A stretch of 64,000 bases of DNA from an uncultured Pseudomonadota bacterium (GCA_963749075.1 CAVVLJ010000004.1:128001-192000); one strand, 5' to 3'; shown: positions 21,358 to 32,133, counted from the stretch's first letter. Translations and numbers: made by a program. The notes: generated by a model from the sequence alone, not told the origin.

Positions 21358-21458
21358 ACCCCCCTCCCTAACCCTCCCCCTCAAGGGGGGAGGGGATGTC
21401 CTGCGCACGGCCCCGACAGTCCCCCTCCCCCCTTGAGGGGGAGGGTGGGGAGGGGGGT
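21358..21458. repeat. REP-like inverted doublet
   Basis: CCCCTCCCTAACCCTCCCCCTCAAGGGGGGAGGGG and its inverted copy; near-identical to 23765..23869. Confidence 0.85.
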
Positions 21459-21484
21459 CTGCCAGGCCGGAACGTGTCCAGGTG

Positions 21485-22663
21485 TTACGCCGCCTCGCCG
21501 CACGCCTTCTCCAAGATCGCCACCATCTCGTCGATCTCCTCGCGCGTGACGGTGAGCGCCGGCATGAAGCGCAACGAGTCCGGGCGCGGCGCGTTCAAGA
21601 GGAGGCCGTGCTCGCGCGCGAGCTCCGCTATGCGCGGGGCGATCGAGCACTTCAAGTCGAGCGCCAGGAGGAGCCCGCGCCCGCGCACCTCGCCGAAGCC
21701 GTGGCGCTCGGAGAGCTCGGCAAGCCGTGCCGCGAGATGGGCGCCGGTCTCGCTCACCCGCTCGAGGAAGCCCGGCCGCGTCACCTCCTCCATGACGGCG
21801 CAGCCGACCGCGGTCATCAGCGGATTGCCGTTGAAGGTGCCGCCCTGGTCGCCGTGGGCGAAGCAGCAGACCTCCTGCCGCGCCACCAGTGCTGCGAGCG
21901 GCACGCCGCCGCCGAGGCCTTTGCCGAGCGTCATGATGTCGGGAAGGACGCCGGCGTGCTGATAGCCGAAGAGCTTGCCGGTGCGGCCGACGCCCGTCTG
22001 GATCTCGTCGAGGATGAGGAGGATGCCGCGCCGCGTCGTGAGCTCCCTCAGCGCGCGCAGATAGTCGTCGCCCGCCTCGAACACCCCCGCCTCGCCCTGG
22101 ATGGGCTCGAGCATCACGGCCACAGTGTTCTCCGTGATCGCCGCCTCGGCCGCGGCGAGATCGCCCAACGGCACCTTCTTGAAGCCCGGCACCTTGGGCT
22201 CGAAGAGCGCCTCCCACTGGGGCTTGCCCGAGGCGGACATGGTGGCAAGGGTGCGGCCGTGGAAGCCGTGCTCCATGGTGACGATCTCGTAGGCGCCGCC
22301 GCGGTGGAGCTGGCCCCACTTGCGCGCGAGCTTGATGGCGCCCTCGTTGGCCTCGGCGCCGCTGTTGGCGAAGAAGCTCTGGTCGAGGCCGCTCCCGCGC
22401 GCGATGAGGGCGGCTAAGCGGATCATCGGCTCGTTCAAATAGGCCGGGCTGCAGTTCATCAGCCTGGCGGCCTGGCGGGAGAGCGCCTCGCGCAGCACGG
22501 GTGGCGAGTGGCCGAGGCAGTTGACCGCCCAGCCCTGCACGAAGTCGAGATAGCGCTTGCCGCTCCGGTCGATGAGCCAGGAGCCGCGGCCCTCGACGAA
22601 GACTTGGGCGGGCCGGCTGGTGATCTCCATGAGGGCGGTCGCTTGCGGGCTTGCGTCGGGCAT
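21485..22663 (-). CDS. argD: Acetylornithine aminotransferase (class III PLP enzyme)
   Basis: [72 protein letters not shown]; AAAGGAG RBS before ATG 22663. Confidence 0.88.
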   Translation of the reverse strand: MPDASPQATALMEITSRPAQVFVEGRGSWLIDRSGKRYLDFVQGWAVNCLGHSPPVLREALSRQAARLMNCSPAYLNEPMIRLAALIARGSGLDQSFFANSGAEANEGAIKLARKWGQLHRGGAYEIVTMEHGFHGRTLATMSASGKPQWEALFEPKVPGFKKVPLGDLAAAEAAITENTVAVMLEPIQGEAGVFEAGDDYLRALRELTTRRGILLILDEIQTGVGRTGKLFGYQHAGVLPDIMTLGKGLGGGVPLAALVARQEVCCFAHGDQGGTFNGNPLMTAVGCAVMEEVTRPGFLERVSETGAHLAARLAELSERHGFGEVRGRGLLLALDLKCSIAPRIAELAREHGLLLNAPRPDSLRFMPALTVTREEIDEMVAILEKACGEAA

Positions 22664-22684
22664 GGCGTCTCTCCTTTGCATAAT

Positions 22685-22713
22685 AAAAAACCCCGCCGAG
22701 AGTCGGGCGGGGT
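22685..22713 (-). terminator. Intrinsic terminator inside the argD 5' leader (attenuator)
   Basis: Minus strand ACCCCGCC-loop-GGCGGGGT running into a T6 tract, about 20 nt before the argD start codon. Confidence 0.8.
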
Positions 22714-22739
22714 CCGGATCGTGCATCGTGCGAATTGAG

Positions 22740-22814
22740 CTAGCGCGCGCGCACCTCTCCCGTCCCGCCAAGGCTGCGGCGGCGTCGGACGCGGATGTTG
22801 AGCGCGCTATGCAT
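22740..22814 (-). CDS. Candidate Arg-rich leader peptide [24 protein letters not shown] (24 aa)
   Basis: ATG..TAG ORF with 7 Arg codons (CGC GTC CGA CGC CGC CGC cluster), lying between the promoter and the terminator upstream of argD. Confidence 0.7.
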   Translation of the reverse strand: MHSALNIRVRRRRSLGGTGEVRAR

Positions 22815-22821
22815 GGGCGCA

Positions 22822-22850
22822 TCAATACGTGAGGTGCTGGGGATTGTCAA
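22822..22850 (-). promoter_or_regulatory. sigma70 promoter for the argD leader
   Basis: TTGACA-N17-TATTGA with 7 nt to the leader ATG, implying a leaderless transcript. Confidence 0.7.
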
Positions 22851-22930
22851 TTCCGCCGCGGGGCGGCGTTGTCCGCATGTCGTCGCGGGGTTATGATGCG
22901 GAGAGAAAACGGGGTCGGGGGAGGTCGGGG

Positions 22931-23744
22931 ATGCGCCTCACGCAAGCCCAGCTCGAGCAGTACGACCGCGACGGCTTCCTCGTCTTCCCGGCGCTGTTCT
23001 CGCCCGAGGAGGTCGCGGTGCTGCGCCGCGAGGTGGCGCGCGTCGCCATGGTCGAGACCGACGCCGTGGTGCGCGAAGGGGAGGCCCAGGCGCCGAAGTC
23101 CCTCTTCCGCCTCCACGAGAGCGACGGCCCGACCGCCTCCGAGGCCTTCCGCGCCGCCTGCCGCCTGCCGCGCACGCTCGGCGTGGCGCGCCAGCTCCTG
23201 CGGCGACGAGCGCCTCTACCTCCACCACTCCAAGGTCAATGCCAAGGCGGCGATCGAGGGCTCGGTGTGGCCGTGGCACCAGGACTACGGCGCCTGGATG
23301 CGCGACGGCATCGCCGAGCCGGCGATGGCGACCTTCATGGTGGCGCTCGACGACGCGAGCGAGTTCAACGGCTGCCTCTATCTCCTCCCCGGCAGCCACC
23401 GCCTGGGGCGCACCGAGCCCTATTTCGACACCTCGACCGCCTACAAGTTCTGGGCGGTGCCGCCCGAGCGCATCAAGGAGATGCTGGCCGAATGCCCGCC
23501 GCCCGTGGCCGTCGCCGGCCAGGCGGGCATGGGTGCCGTCTTCCACTGCAACCTCATGCACGCGTCGGGCCACAACCTCTCGGCCCACGACCGCTGGCAG
23601 ATCTATTTCTGCTACAACACCGTGGCCAATCATCCGCATGACGTCGAGAACCCGCGCCCCGACTACGTGCGCTCGCGCAACTGGACGCCGCTCAAGCTCG
23701 CCGCCGAGAACGCGGTGCTGGAGGCTGGGTTGGCGCGGGCGTAA
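22931..23744 (+). CDS. PhyH-family Fe(II)/2-oxoglutarate dioxygenase (ectoine/proline hydroxylase-like); +1 frameshift near 23200
   Basis: MRLTQAQLEQYDRDGFLVFP joined to HSKVNAK..WPWHQDY..NGCL..PGSH..H.SG.N.S...R. Confidence 0.85.
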
Positions 23745-23764
23745 GCAGTCGCGGCGCATTGCCC

Positions 23765-23869
23765 ACCCCCCACCCCAACCCTCCCCCTCAAGGGGGGAGG
23801 GGGATTTGCCGAGCTCGTACATTTATTAATTTTCCCTCCCCCCTTGAGGGGGAGGGTAGGGAGGGGGGT
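23765..23869. repeat. REP-like inverted doublet
   Basis: Same family as 21358..21458. Confidence 0.85.
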
Positions 23870-23884
23870 ACTGCTTCGAGCCCC

Positions 23885-25535
23885 TCACCCCTCCCTCAAC
23901 CGGCTCGGGTGCAGCTCGCCTGCGGCCTCGAGCACCGGGTAGGCGACCGAGCAGATGTGCGAGTGGACTCGCTTCAGGTCGCGCAGCACGTCGAGGTGGA
24001 GCGAGCTCGTCTCGATGCTTTCCGGGCGGCCCTCGCGCAGGCGCGCCAGGTGGTTCTCGGCCGCGGCCATCTCGGCCTCGCGGAGGCTTGCCTTCTCCTC
24101 GAGGAGCCGGCGTGCGGTCCTGGTGTCGCCCGAGATGAAGACGCCGAAGGCGAGCTTCAAGTTGTCGACCACGCGGCGGTGAAAGGCCTCGAGCTCCGCC
24201 GCCCCCTCCTTGGAGAACTGCAGCTTGCGCTTGATCTTCTTGGCCGCGAGCTCCATCAGGTTCTTGTCGATGATGTCGCCGATGTGCTCGAGGTTGATGG
24301 TGAAGGAGATGATCTCCATCGCCCGGCGGCCGTCGGCGTCCTCCAGGCTCTCGCGCGTCACCTTGGTGACGTAGAGCTTGATCGCCTCGTCGAGGCGGTC
24401 GACCGCGTTGTCCATGCGCGAGATCTCGGCGACCATCTTGCGGTCGTCGTTCATCATGGCAACGATGGTCTGCTGCAGCATGGTCTCGACGATGTCGCCC
24501 ATGTGGAGGGTCTCGCGCGCGGCGCAGGCGAGCGCCACCGCGGGGGAATCGATCACCGTCTCGTCGAGATAGCGAGGTGCCGCGGGATCGACGGGCTTCT
24601 TCGCATCGGGGAGGAGCTTGACGAGGAGCCAGGCGAGGCCGTCGAGCGGCACGATGAAGAGCAGCGCCAGCACGAGGTTGAAGGCGGTGTGGAAGTCGGC
24701 CACCTGGCGCGCCGGGTCGGGGTCGAAGCGTGCGAGGAGGTTGGCCAGGGGATGGAGGAAGGGGAGGGCTAAGGCCGTACCGACGAGGCGGTTCATGAGG
24801 TTGCCGAGCGGGAGGCGCCGGCTCGCCGGGTCGCCGCGCTTGCCGCCCTCGATGAGCGGGTTGATGGCGCTCCCGAGGTTGGCGCCGAGCACGAGCGCCA
24901 GGGCCGCCACGGGCGTCACGTAACCGGCGTAGCTCAACGACATGATGAGCAGCACGCTGGCGACGCTCGAGTGCGCGAGCCAGGTGAGCGCTGCGGCGAG
25001 CAGCACGTTCAAGGCGGGCTCGCCGGTGAGGGCTGCGAGGAGGCTGCGCACGGCGGGAGCGCTCTCGGCGGGGGCGAGCGTCCCGAGGAGGATGTGCAGC
25101 GCCAGCAGCATGAGGCCGAGCCCGATCGCGACGCGGCCCAGATCCCGCGTGCGCGTCTGGCCGCCGCGCTTGAAGGCGATGACGCCGAGCGTGAGAAGGA
25201 TCGGCGCCAGCCAGGAGACGTTCGAAGGAGAGCACCTGGACGATGAGCGTGGTGCCCACGTTGGCGCCCAGCATGATGGCGAGTGCCGGCACGAGGGCGA
25301 CGAGCCCGCTCGCGGTGAAGGAGGTCGCCATGAGGGCCGCCGCCGTGCTGCTCTGGAGGATGGCGGTCACCAGCACGCCCGAGAGCATGGCGCTCACGCG
25401 GTTGCGGAGTGCCGTCGAGAGCAGGCGCCGCAGGTCGGAGCCGAAGGCGCGCACGATGCCGCTGTGCACCATGTGCAGGCCCCAGAGCAGCAACGCGATG
25501 CCGCCCATCACGTCGAGGAGGATCATGCTTCCCAT
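23885..25535 (-). CDS. Na/Pi cotransporter family protein with PhoU domains (YjbB-like); +1 frameshift near 25223
   Basis: LQSSTA, LGANVGTT, HSSVA, LGANLGS, NLEHIGDII, SIETSSLHLD. Confidence 0.9.
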
Positions 25536-25622
25536 AGGAACCAGCCGACCCGTCGGAGTGCGGCGACGGCGGTGGCCGTCCGACGCAGCGAGGCGGATAT
25601 GTGCGCGCGCCTCTTGCCGATG

Positions 25623-26438
25623 TCAATTGCGCGGAGAAGCCGGGGCGCGGTCCGCTGCGATCACGCGATCGAGCGGGTCGAAGAGGGCGGCGTTGCTCGC
25701 GAGGAGCGCGTTGCCGAGCCTGAGCCCGTCGCCGGCGAGGAAGTCGCTCACCGTCCCGCCCGCCTCGGTGACGAGGAGGATGCCGGCGAGCGCGTCCCAC
25801 GGCTGGAGATGGAGGCCGTAGAAGCCGTCGGAGACGCCGCGCGCCACGTCGGCGAGCGCGAGCGCCGCCGAGCCGGCCCAGCGCACGACGGCGCCCGCCG
25901 CGAGCGTGCGCTCGACCGCAGCCGTGTAATTCGCCGGCGGCGGGCTGCGGCGATAGCAGCCCATCTCGAGGGAGGCTTGGCTGAGGTCGGCGGTGCCGCT
26001 CGCCCGGATGGGCTTGCCGTTCAAGAAGGCGCCGGCAGCCACTGTGGCCGAGAACAGAAGGTCGAGCATCGGATCGTAGACCACGCCAAGCGCAGGCTTG
26101 CCATGAAGCGCAAAGCCGATCGAGACGGCGAAATGCTCGACGCCGTGGGCGAAGTTCGCGGTGCCGTCGAGCGGATCGACCACCCAGGTGGCATCGCTCA
26201 CTTCGCCGCCCGCCTCCTCGCCGAGCAAAGTGTCGGCGGGAAAGTGCCGCTCGACCGCGGTGCGGATGAGCGCCTCGGCCTCGCGGTCGACGGCGGTCAC
26301 ATAATCCTGCGGCCCCTTGAGGCTCACATCGAGTGCGGCACCGCCGCCGAGGCGCTCGCGCATGAGCCGCCCGGCAGCAACCGCGAGCTCGGCGGCAAGG
26401 GCGGCGCGCTCGGCGATGGTGGTCGAAGCCTCGGGCAA
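25623..26438 (-). CDS. Inositol monophosphatase family protein
   Basis: DYVTAVD, LGEE, WVVDPLDGTANF, GSAAL, PWDALAG. Confidence 0.9.
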   Translation of the reverse strand: MPEASTTIAERAALAAELAVAAGRLMRERLGGGAALDVSLKGPQDYVTAVDREAEALIRTAVERHFPADTLLGEEAGGEVSDATWVVDPLDGTANFAHGVEHFAVSIGFALHGKPALGVVYDPMLDLLFSATVAAGAFLNGKPIRASGTADLSQASLEMGCYRRSPPPANYTAAVERTLAAGAVVRWAGSAALALADVARGVSDGFYGLHLQPWDALAGILLVTEAGGTVSDFLAGDGLRLGNALLASNAALFDPLDRVIAADRAPASPRN

Positions 26439-26698
26439 GGAACCGCTCGCTTACTTGCGTCCCAGAGCGTTTCCCGATCAGGTAGGATCGGGAAACGCTC
26501 CAGGATCATAGGTTCGACGAGCAAATCCCGATCCGGTGATTCGACCGGATCGGGATTTGCTCCAGGGCGCTTAAGATGCCGCGAGAGTGGCCGCGGCGAG
26601 CGGCGCCGTCAAGCGCGCATCGCCGCGCTGGCAGCCGCGATGTGCCGTGCTATAAGAGGTGCCCCGCCACGCCGCGGCGGGCACTCAGGATCGCCTCG

Positions 26699-27493
26699 AT
26701 GACGGCTCCCGCGACCGGCAAACCGCCCGCAGTCCCAGTTCCCGCCGCGACGCTTCTGCTGCTGCGCGACGGCGCCCGCGGCCTCGAGATCCTCATGACG
26801 GTGCGCCACAGCGGCTTCTCCTTCGGAGCCGGCGCCATGGTGTTCCCCGGCGGCAAGCTCGAGGCCGGCGACCGCGAGCTCTTGCGCCGCTGCGCCGGAG
26901 CGGCCGGCGCCGACGACGCCGCGCTTGAGCTCCGCGTAGCCGCGATCCGCGAGACCTTCGAGGAATGCGGCATCCTCCTTGCGAGGAAGCGCGGCGGCGC
27001 CGCGCTCCTTCCCGAGAGCGCCGTCAAGGAGTTGCGGCGGCGCCACGCCGGCGGCGCGGATTTCGCCGCCATGGTGGAGGAGGCGGGTCTCGAGCTGGCG
27101 GGCGACCTCTTGGTGCCCTTCGCCCATTGGATCACGCCGGTCACCAGCCCGCGCCGCTTCGACACGCTCTTCTTCATCGCACCCGCACCGCCGGACCAGC
27201 TCGCGAGCCACGACGGCCGCGAGGCCGTGGAGGTCACGTGGACGACGCCCGAGAGCGCCATTGCCGACGGCGACGTCGGCCGGCGCCACCTCATGTTCGC
27301 GACCTACGTCAATCTCCTGAAGCTCGCGCGCTACCGCACCTCGGCGGAGGCGATCGCGGCCGCACCGCGCGGTCCGCTCGTGACCGTGACGCCCGAGCTC
27401 GTCGAGGCGCCGGAGGGGCAGGAGTTCCGCATTCCGGCGGCGGCGGGCTACGGCCTCACCAGCCTGCCCGCGCGGAAGGTGCGGCGGCCCTGA
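26699..27493 (+). CDS. NUDIX hydrolase (NUDT19-like)
   Basis: PAATLLLLRD, VFPGG, AAIRETFEECG, HWITP..RRFDT.FF. Confidence 0.88.
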   Translation: MTAPATGKPPAVPVPAATLLLLRDGARGLEILMTVRHSGFSFGAGAMVFPGGKLEAGDRELLRRCAGAAGADDAALELRVAAIRETFEECGILLARKRGGAALLPESAVKELRRRHAGGADFAAMVEEAGLELAGDLLVPFAHWITPVTSPRRFDTLFFIAPAPPDQLASHDGREAVEVTWTTPESAIADGDVGRRHLMFATYVNLLKLARYRTSAEAIAAAPRGPLVTVTPELVEAPEGQEFRIPAAAGYGLTSLPARKVRRP

Positions 27494-27502
27494 GGAGCGC
27501 CG

Positions 27503-28394
27503 ATGGCGGACATCCGCTTCTACCGCGATTATCCCTTCGCATACGGCCGCCTCGAGGACGTCTCGCCGCTCGTGCGCCGCGTCGTCGCGCGCAACCCGAG
27601 CGCCTTCACCTTCAAGGGCACCGCCACCTTCATCCTGGGCCGCGGCCGCGTCGCCGTGATCGATCCGGGCCCCGACCTCGCCGAGCACGTGGCGGCACTC
27701 CTCGAAGCGCTCCGCGGCGAGAGCGTCGACAAGATACTGGTCACCCACACGCACCGCGACCATTCGCCCGCGGCGGCGGCGCTCAAGCAGGCGACGGGTG
27801 CCGGCACTTATGGTTTCGGCCCCCACGGCGCCGGCTTCGGGCCGGCGGTCGAGGAAGGCGGCGATCGCGATTTTGCTACCCGACGTGCGCCTCGTGGACG
27901 GCGACGCGATCGAGGGGCCGGGCTGGCACGTGACGGCCGTGCATACGCCCGGCCATACCTCGAACCACCTGTGCTTCGCCCTTGCCGAGGAGCGCACGCT
28001 CTTCACGGGCGACCACGTGATGGGCTGGTCGACGAGCGTGATCTCGCCGCCCGACGGCGACATGGCGGCCTATATGCGCTCGCTCGAGAAGCTCCTCGGG
28101 CGCGACGACGCCCTCCTCAGGCCGACCCACGGTCCGGCGGTCGGCGATCCCAAGGCGCACGTGCGAGCCTTCATCGCCCACCGCCGCGAGCGCAGCACCG
28201 CCATCCTCGCCCGGCTCCGTGCCGGCGAGACGACGATCCCCGAGCTCGTCGCCGCCATCTATCGAGGCCTACCCGACAATCTGCGCGCCGCCGCCGGCCG
28301 CTCGGTGCTGGCCCACCTCATCGAGCTCGCCGCCTCGGGCGAGGTGGTGTGCGAGGGCGAGGCCGCGATCGACGGACGCTATCGGCTGCGCTAG
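27503..28394 (+). CDS. MBL-fold metallo-hydrolase (LACTB2-like); +1 frameshift near 27876
   Basis: NPSAFTFKGT, THTHRDH, then HTPGHTSNH, GDHVMGWST, PTHG in a second frame. Confidence 0.88.
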
Positions 28395-28451
28395 CGGACG
28401 AGAGAAGCGCGCGGCACCCGGAATCTGTTAATCTCGCGATGCGGCCGTGAG

Positions 28452-29714
28452 ATGGGGGAGAAGACGCGCGTGGACGTCATCATCATCGGCGCCGGCATCG
28501 GCGGGCTCACCCTCGGCCTGATGCTCGAGCGCGCGGGCATTCCCTGCCGCATCTACGAGGCGTCGCCGGCACTCAAGCCGATCGGCGTCGGCATCAACCT
28601 CTTGCCCCATGCCATGCGCGAGCTCTCCGCCTTGGGCCTCGAGGAGACGCTCGCCGGCATGGGCGTGCTCACCGCCGAGTCCGCCTTCTTCAACCGCTTC
28701 GGCCAGCTCATCTACAAGGAGCCCCTCGGTCGCGCCGCGGGCTACGACTGGCCGCAGGTCTCGATCCACCGCGGCGACTTGCAGCTCGCCCTCGCCGAGG
28801 CCTTTCGCGCGCGCGCGGGCGAGGAGCGCTTGCTGCTCGGCTGGCAATGCACCGGAGCCGCCGAGGAGGCGGGTGCCGCACTCGCCTCCTTCGCCGCGGC
28901 CGGCAGCGGGGAGCAATTGCCGACCCAGCGAGGGTGCGCCGTCATCGGCTGCGACGGCATCCATTCGGTGTTGCGCCGGCAGCTCTATCCCGAGGAGGAC
29001 GAGCCCATCTATTCCGGCGTCAACATGTGGCGCGGCGTCACCCGCTGGCGGCCGATCCTCTCCGGCGCCACGATGATCCGCGCCGGCTGGTTCAGCCACG
29101 CCAAGATCGTCGTCTATCCCATCCGCGACAACGTCGACGGACGCGGCCGTCAGCTCGTCAATTGGGTCGTCGAGATCGCGACGGCGAAGCACGAGCGCTG
29201 GAACTGGAGCCGGCCGGGGCGGCTCGCGGACTTCATCGCCCCGCTCGCCGAGTGGCATTTCGACTGGCTCGACGTGCCGGCCTTCATCCGTGCCGCCGAC
29301 GTCATGCTGGAATATCCCATGGTCGACAAGGACCCTTTGCAGCATTGGAGCTTCGGCCGGCTGACGCTGCTCGGCGACGCGGCGCATCCCATGGTGCCGC
29401 GTGGCTCGAACGGCGCCGGGCAGGCCATCCTCGACGCGGCGGCACTCGCCGCGAGCCTCGCGGCGGAGGCAGACGCCGCGGCGGCACTCGCGGCCTACGA
29501 GAAGCAGAGGCTCGAGGCCACGGCCAAGGTCGTGCGCACCAACCGCACCATGCCGCCAGACGCCATCCTCGGCGAGGTCTACAGGCGCACCGGCGACCGC
29601 CCCTTCGTCCGAATCGACGACGTGATCAGCCGCGACGAGCTCGCCGCCATCTCCGACGGCTACAAGAGGATTGCCGGCTACGACAAGGAGGCGCTCAGCC
29701 GCGCATCCGGCTGA
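28452..29714 (+). CDS. FAD-dependent monooxygenase
   Basis: GAGIGG, DGIHS..R, LLGDAAHPM.P.GSNGAGQAI.D. Confidence 0.9.
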   Translation: MGEKTRVDVIIIGAGIGGLTLGLMLERAGIPCRIYEASPALKPIGVGINLLPHAMRELSALGLEETLAGMGVLTAESAFFNRFGQLIYKEPLGRAAGYDWPQVSIHRGDLQLALAEAFRARAGEERLLLGWQCTGAAEEAGAALASFAAAGSGEQLPTQRGCAVIGCDGIHSVLRRQLYPEEDEPIYSGVNMWRGVTRWRPILSGATMIRAGWFSHAKIVVYPIRDNVDGRGRQLVNWVVEIATAKHERWNWSRPGRLADFIAPLAEWHFDWLDVPAFIRAADVMLEYPMVDKDPLQHWSFGRLTLLGDAAHPMVPRGSNGAGQAILDAAALAASLAAEADAAAALAAYEKQRLEATAKVVRTNRTMPPDAILGEVYRRTGDRPFVRIDDVISRDELAAISDGYKRIAGYDKEALSRASG

Positions 29715-29741
29715 CGGCGCTCAAGGGAGGAGGACGGCCCG

Positions 29742-30980
29742 ATGGAGACTCCGCGATCCGCGCGCTACGAATTCGCCATCGTGGCGCTCCTCGTGCTGTT
29801 CTGGGGCAGCGTCGGCCTCAACCGGGTCGGCATCGGCTTCATCTTTCCCCAGATCGTGCCCGAGTTCCACATGGCGATGTGGCAGGCAGGCCTGCTCATT
29901 TCCGGCACCTCGATCACCTGGGCCTTCAGCAGCTGGATCGGCGGCTGGCTCTCCGACCGCTACGGCCGGCGCCGCATGCTGCTGCCCGCGGCCGGCTTCG
30001 TCTGCCTCACGACCGCGGCCATGGGCGGCACCTGGAACTTCCTCTCCATGTTCATCGTGCGCGACCTGCTCGGCATCGGCGACGGCATCGGCTGGTCGGT
30101 CGGCGAGGCCACCATCAACGAGGAGTCGGCACCCCGCCGGCGCGGCCTCAACCAGGCGCTCTTCACCGCGGGCTATACGCTCATCGGCGCGGGGCTCGGC
30201 GCCCTCGTCATCACCACGCTCACGCAGCACTTGGGCTGGCGCTGGGTCTTCCCCATCATCGGTGCCGCGACGGCGCTCGTGGTGCTCGGCCTCTACGCCG
30301 TGATGCGCGAGCCGCCGCGGCACACGCTCCTCCACTCGCGCGACTGGCGGGCTTCCTTGAAGATGCTCGGGGATCGCTCGCTGCTATACGTCACCATCGC
30401 AGGCTGCGCCGTCCTCACCTGGCTGCAGATCTCGATCGGCTTCAACCTGCTCTTCCTCACCAAGGTGCGGCAGTTCAGCCTGCTCGATGCCGGCGCCATC
30501 GCCTCGGTCTGGGGCTTTGCCGGCGCCGCCGGCCAGGTCTTGCTCCCCCGGCTCTCCGACTTCTGGGGCCGCCGGCCGACCGTCCATGCCGCTGCGTCAC
30601 TCTGCGCCATTGCCTTGGTCCTTTATCTCATCGGCGGCTTCGGCATGCGCGGCATGCAGATCCTCCTCGGGCTCAGCGGCTTCTGCGGCTTCGGCGTGCT
30701 GCCGATCGTGCTGGCAACCTGCGTGAGCGAGCTCGTGCCCGAGGCGCAGCGCGGCACCGCACTCGGCATGACGAACTTCTTCGCCGTCATCGTCGGCACC
30801 ACCCTGATGCCGGTGGTGGGCGGCGTCATCGCCGATCACCTGACGCTCGGTGCTGCGATGGGGATCGCCGTGCTCAGCCAGATCGTCGTGGCCGCCTCGA
30901 TCATGGCAGTCAAGGAGACCTCGCCCCGCGCCCTCGCGCGCAAGGGCGGGCCGCCGCCGGCAGCACCTCCCGCCGGCTAG
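29742..30980 (+). CDS. MFS transporter
   Basis: GWLSDRYGRR motif A and second repeat LSDFWGRR; about 12 TM segments. Confidence 0.9.
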   Translation: METPRSARYEFAIVALLVLFWGSVGLNRVGIGFIFPQIVPEFHMAMWQAGLLISGTSITWAFSSWIGGWLSDRYGRRRMLLPAAGFVCLTTAAMGGTWNFLSMFIVRDLLGIGDGIGWSVGEATINEESAPRRRGLNQALFTAGYTLIGAGLGALVITTLTQHLGWRWVFPIIGAATALVVLGLYAVMREPPRHTLLHSRDWRASLKMLGDRSLLYVTIAGCAVLTWLQISIGFNLLFLTKVRQFSLLDAGAIASVWGFAGAAGQVLLPRLSDFWGRRPTVHAAASLCAIALVLYLIGGFGMRGMQILLGLSGFCGFGVLPIVLATCVSELVPEAQRGTALGMTNFFAVIVGTTLMPVVGGVIADHLTLGAAMGIAVLSQIVVAASIMAVKETSPRALARKGGPPPAAPPAG

Positions 30981-31036
30981 CCGGCGGCATCGCCGCACCC
31001 CGATCTCGGCGGCGATCCCGACCGGGCGCCCGCGCC

Positions 31037-31927
31037 TCAAGGATTTTGGCCCAAAGGCTTCCCTCCCTCCCGGCGATCGGCGTTGGCCTTGGCGAGCTCG
31101 GCGCCGAAGAGGAGGATCTGCGCCGAGAAGAAGACCCAGAGAAGGACCACCACGAGTGCGCCCGCGGCACCATAGGAGGAGGCGATCCGGCTCGAGCCGA
31201 TGTAGAGGCCGATCAGGTATTTGCCGGCCGTGAAGAGGAGCGCCGTCCACGCCGCGCCGAACCGCACGTCGCGCCACTCGACGTGCTTGTCCGGCAGCAC
31301 CTTGAACATGGCGGCGAAGAGGAGTGCGGTGAAGGCGAAAGAGACCGCCAGATGCATGGCGCGCAGCGCCAGCGGCAGGCTCGGGACGACGCCCGCGAGA
31401 TAGTCGCTGAAGGCGGTGAGCGCCGCACTCGCGGCGAGCGACACCAGGAGTAGGAAGCCGGTGGCGACGATGAGCGAGAGGCTCAGGAGCCGCGCCTTCA
31501 TGAGGCGCCAGAGGCCGTATCCGGGCCGCGGCTTGGCGTGCCAGATGACGTTGAAGCTCGTCTGCAGCTCGGCGAGCACGGCGGTGGCGGTGACGAGCAA
31601 GGTCAGAATCGCGATCGCCGTGGCGACGAGGCCCGTATGGACGTCGGCCGCGTTGCGGATGACCGCCTCGAGGGCCGCCGCCTTGTCGCGGCCGATCAGG
31701 CCGGAGATCTCGCCGATGAGGGCGCCTTCCGCCGCCTTGCGTCCGAAGGCGAGGCCGGCCGTGGCAATGACCAGGAGGAGGATCGGACCCAGCGAGAACA
31801 CCGTATAGAAGGCGATCGCCGCACCCATGCTGGGAGCGCGGTCGGCAAACCAGTTGGCGCCGGCGCTGCGGAAGAGGGCGAGCCATGCCCTGGCGGCCGC
31901 CGCCGGGCGCGCTGCGGCGCTCCTCAT
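31037..31927 (-). CDS. YihY/BrkB-family membrane protein
   Basis: GAAIAFYTVFSLGP, LQTSFN.IW, SSYGAAG.LVV.LLWV..SAQILLFGAE. Confidence 0.9.
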   Translation of the reverse strand: MRSAAARPAAAARAWLALFRSAGANWFADRAPSMGAAIAFYTVFSLGPILLLVIATAGLAFGRKAAEGALIGEISGLIGRDKAAALEAVIRNAADVHTGLVATAIAILTLLVTATAVLAELQTSFNVIWHAKPRPGYGLWRLMKARLLSLSLIVATGFLLLVSLAASAALTAFSDYLAGVVPSLPLALRAMHLAVSFAFTALLFAAMFKVLPDKHVEWRDVRFGAAWTALLFTAGKYLIGLYIGSSRIASSYGAAGALVVVLLWVFFSAQILLFGAELAKANADRREGGKPLGQNP

Positions 31928-32133
31928 GACGGGACGGATTGTATATCGACCGCGGCAGCGCGGGCCACGATGGCGTCTCCCCGCGAAGTTGCGCAATGAC
32001 CCGCGGCTCCATTCCTTGCCCTCTCGGCGCCTTCGAACCTAAGCTCCGCTGCGCACGAGACCGGTTGCAAGGCGTGGACGGGGAGCGCCTTGGCCGAGCG
32101 GCCGGACGATGTGGGGATGAGCGGGGGACTGGC

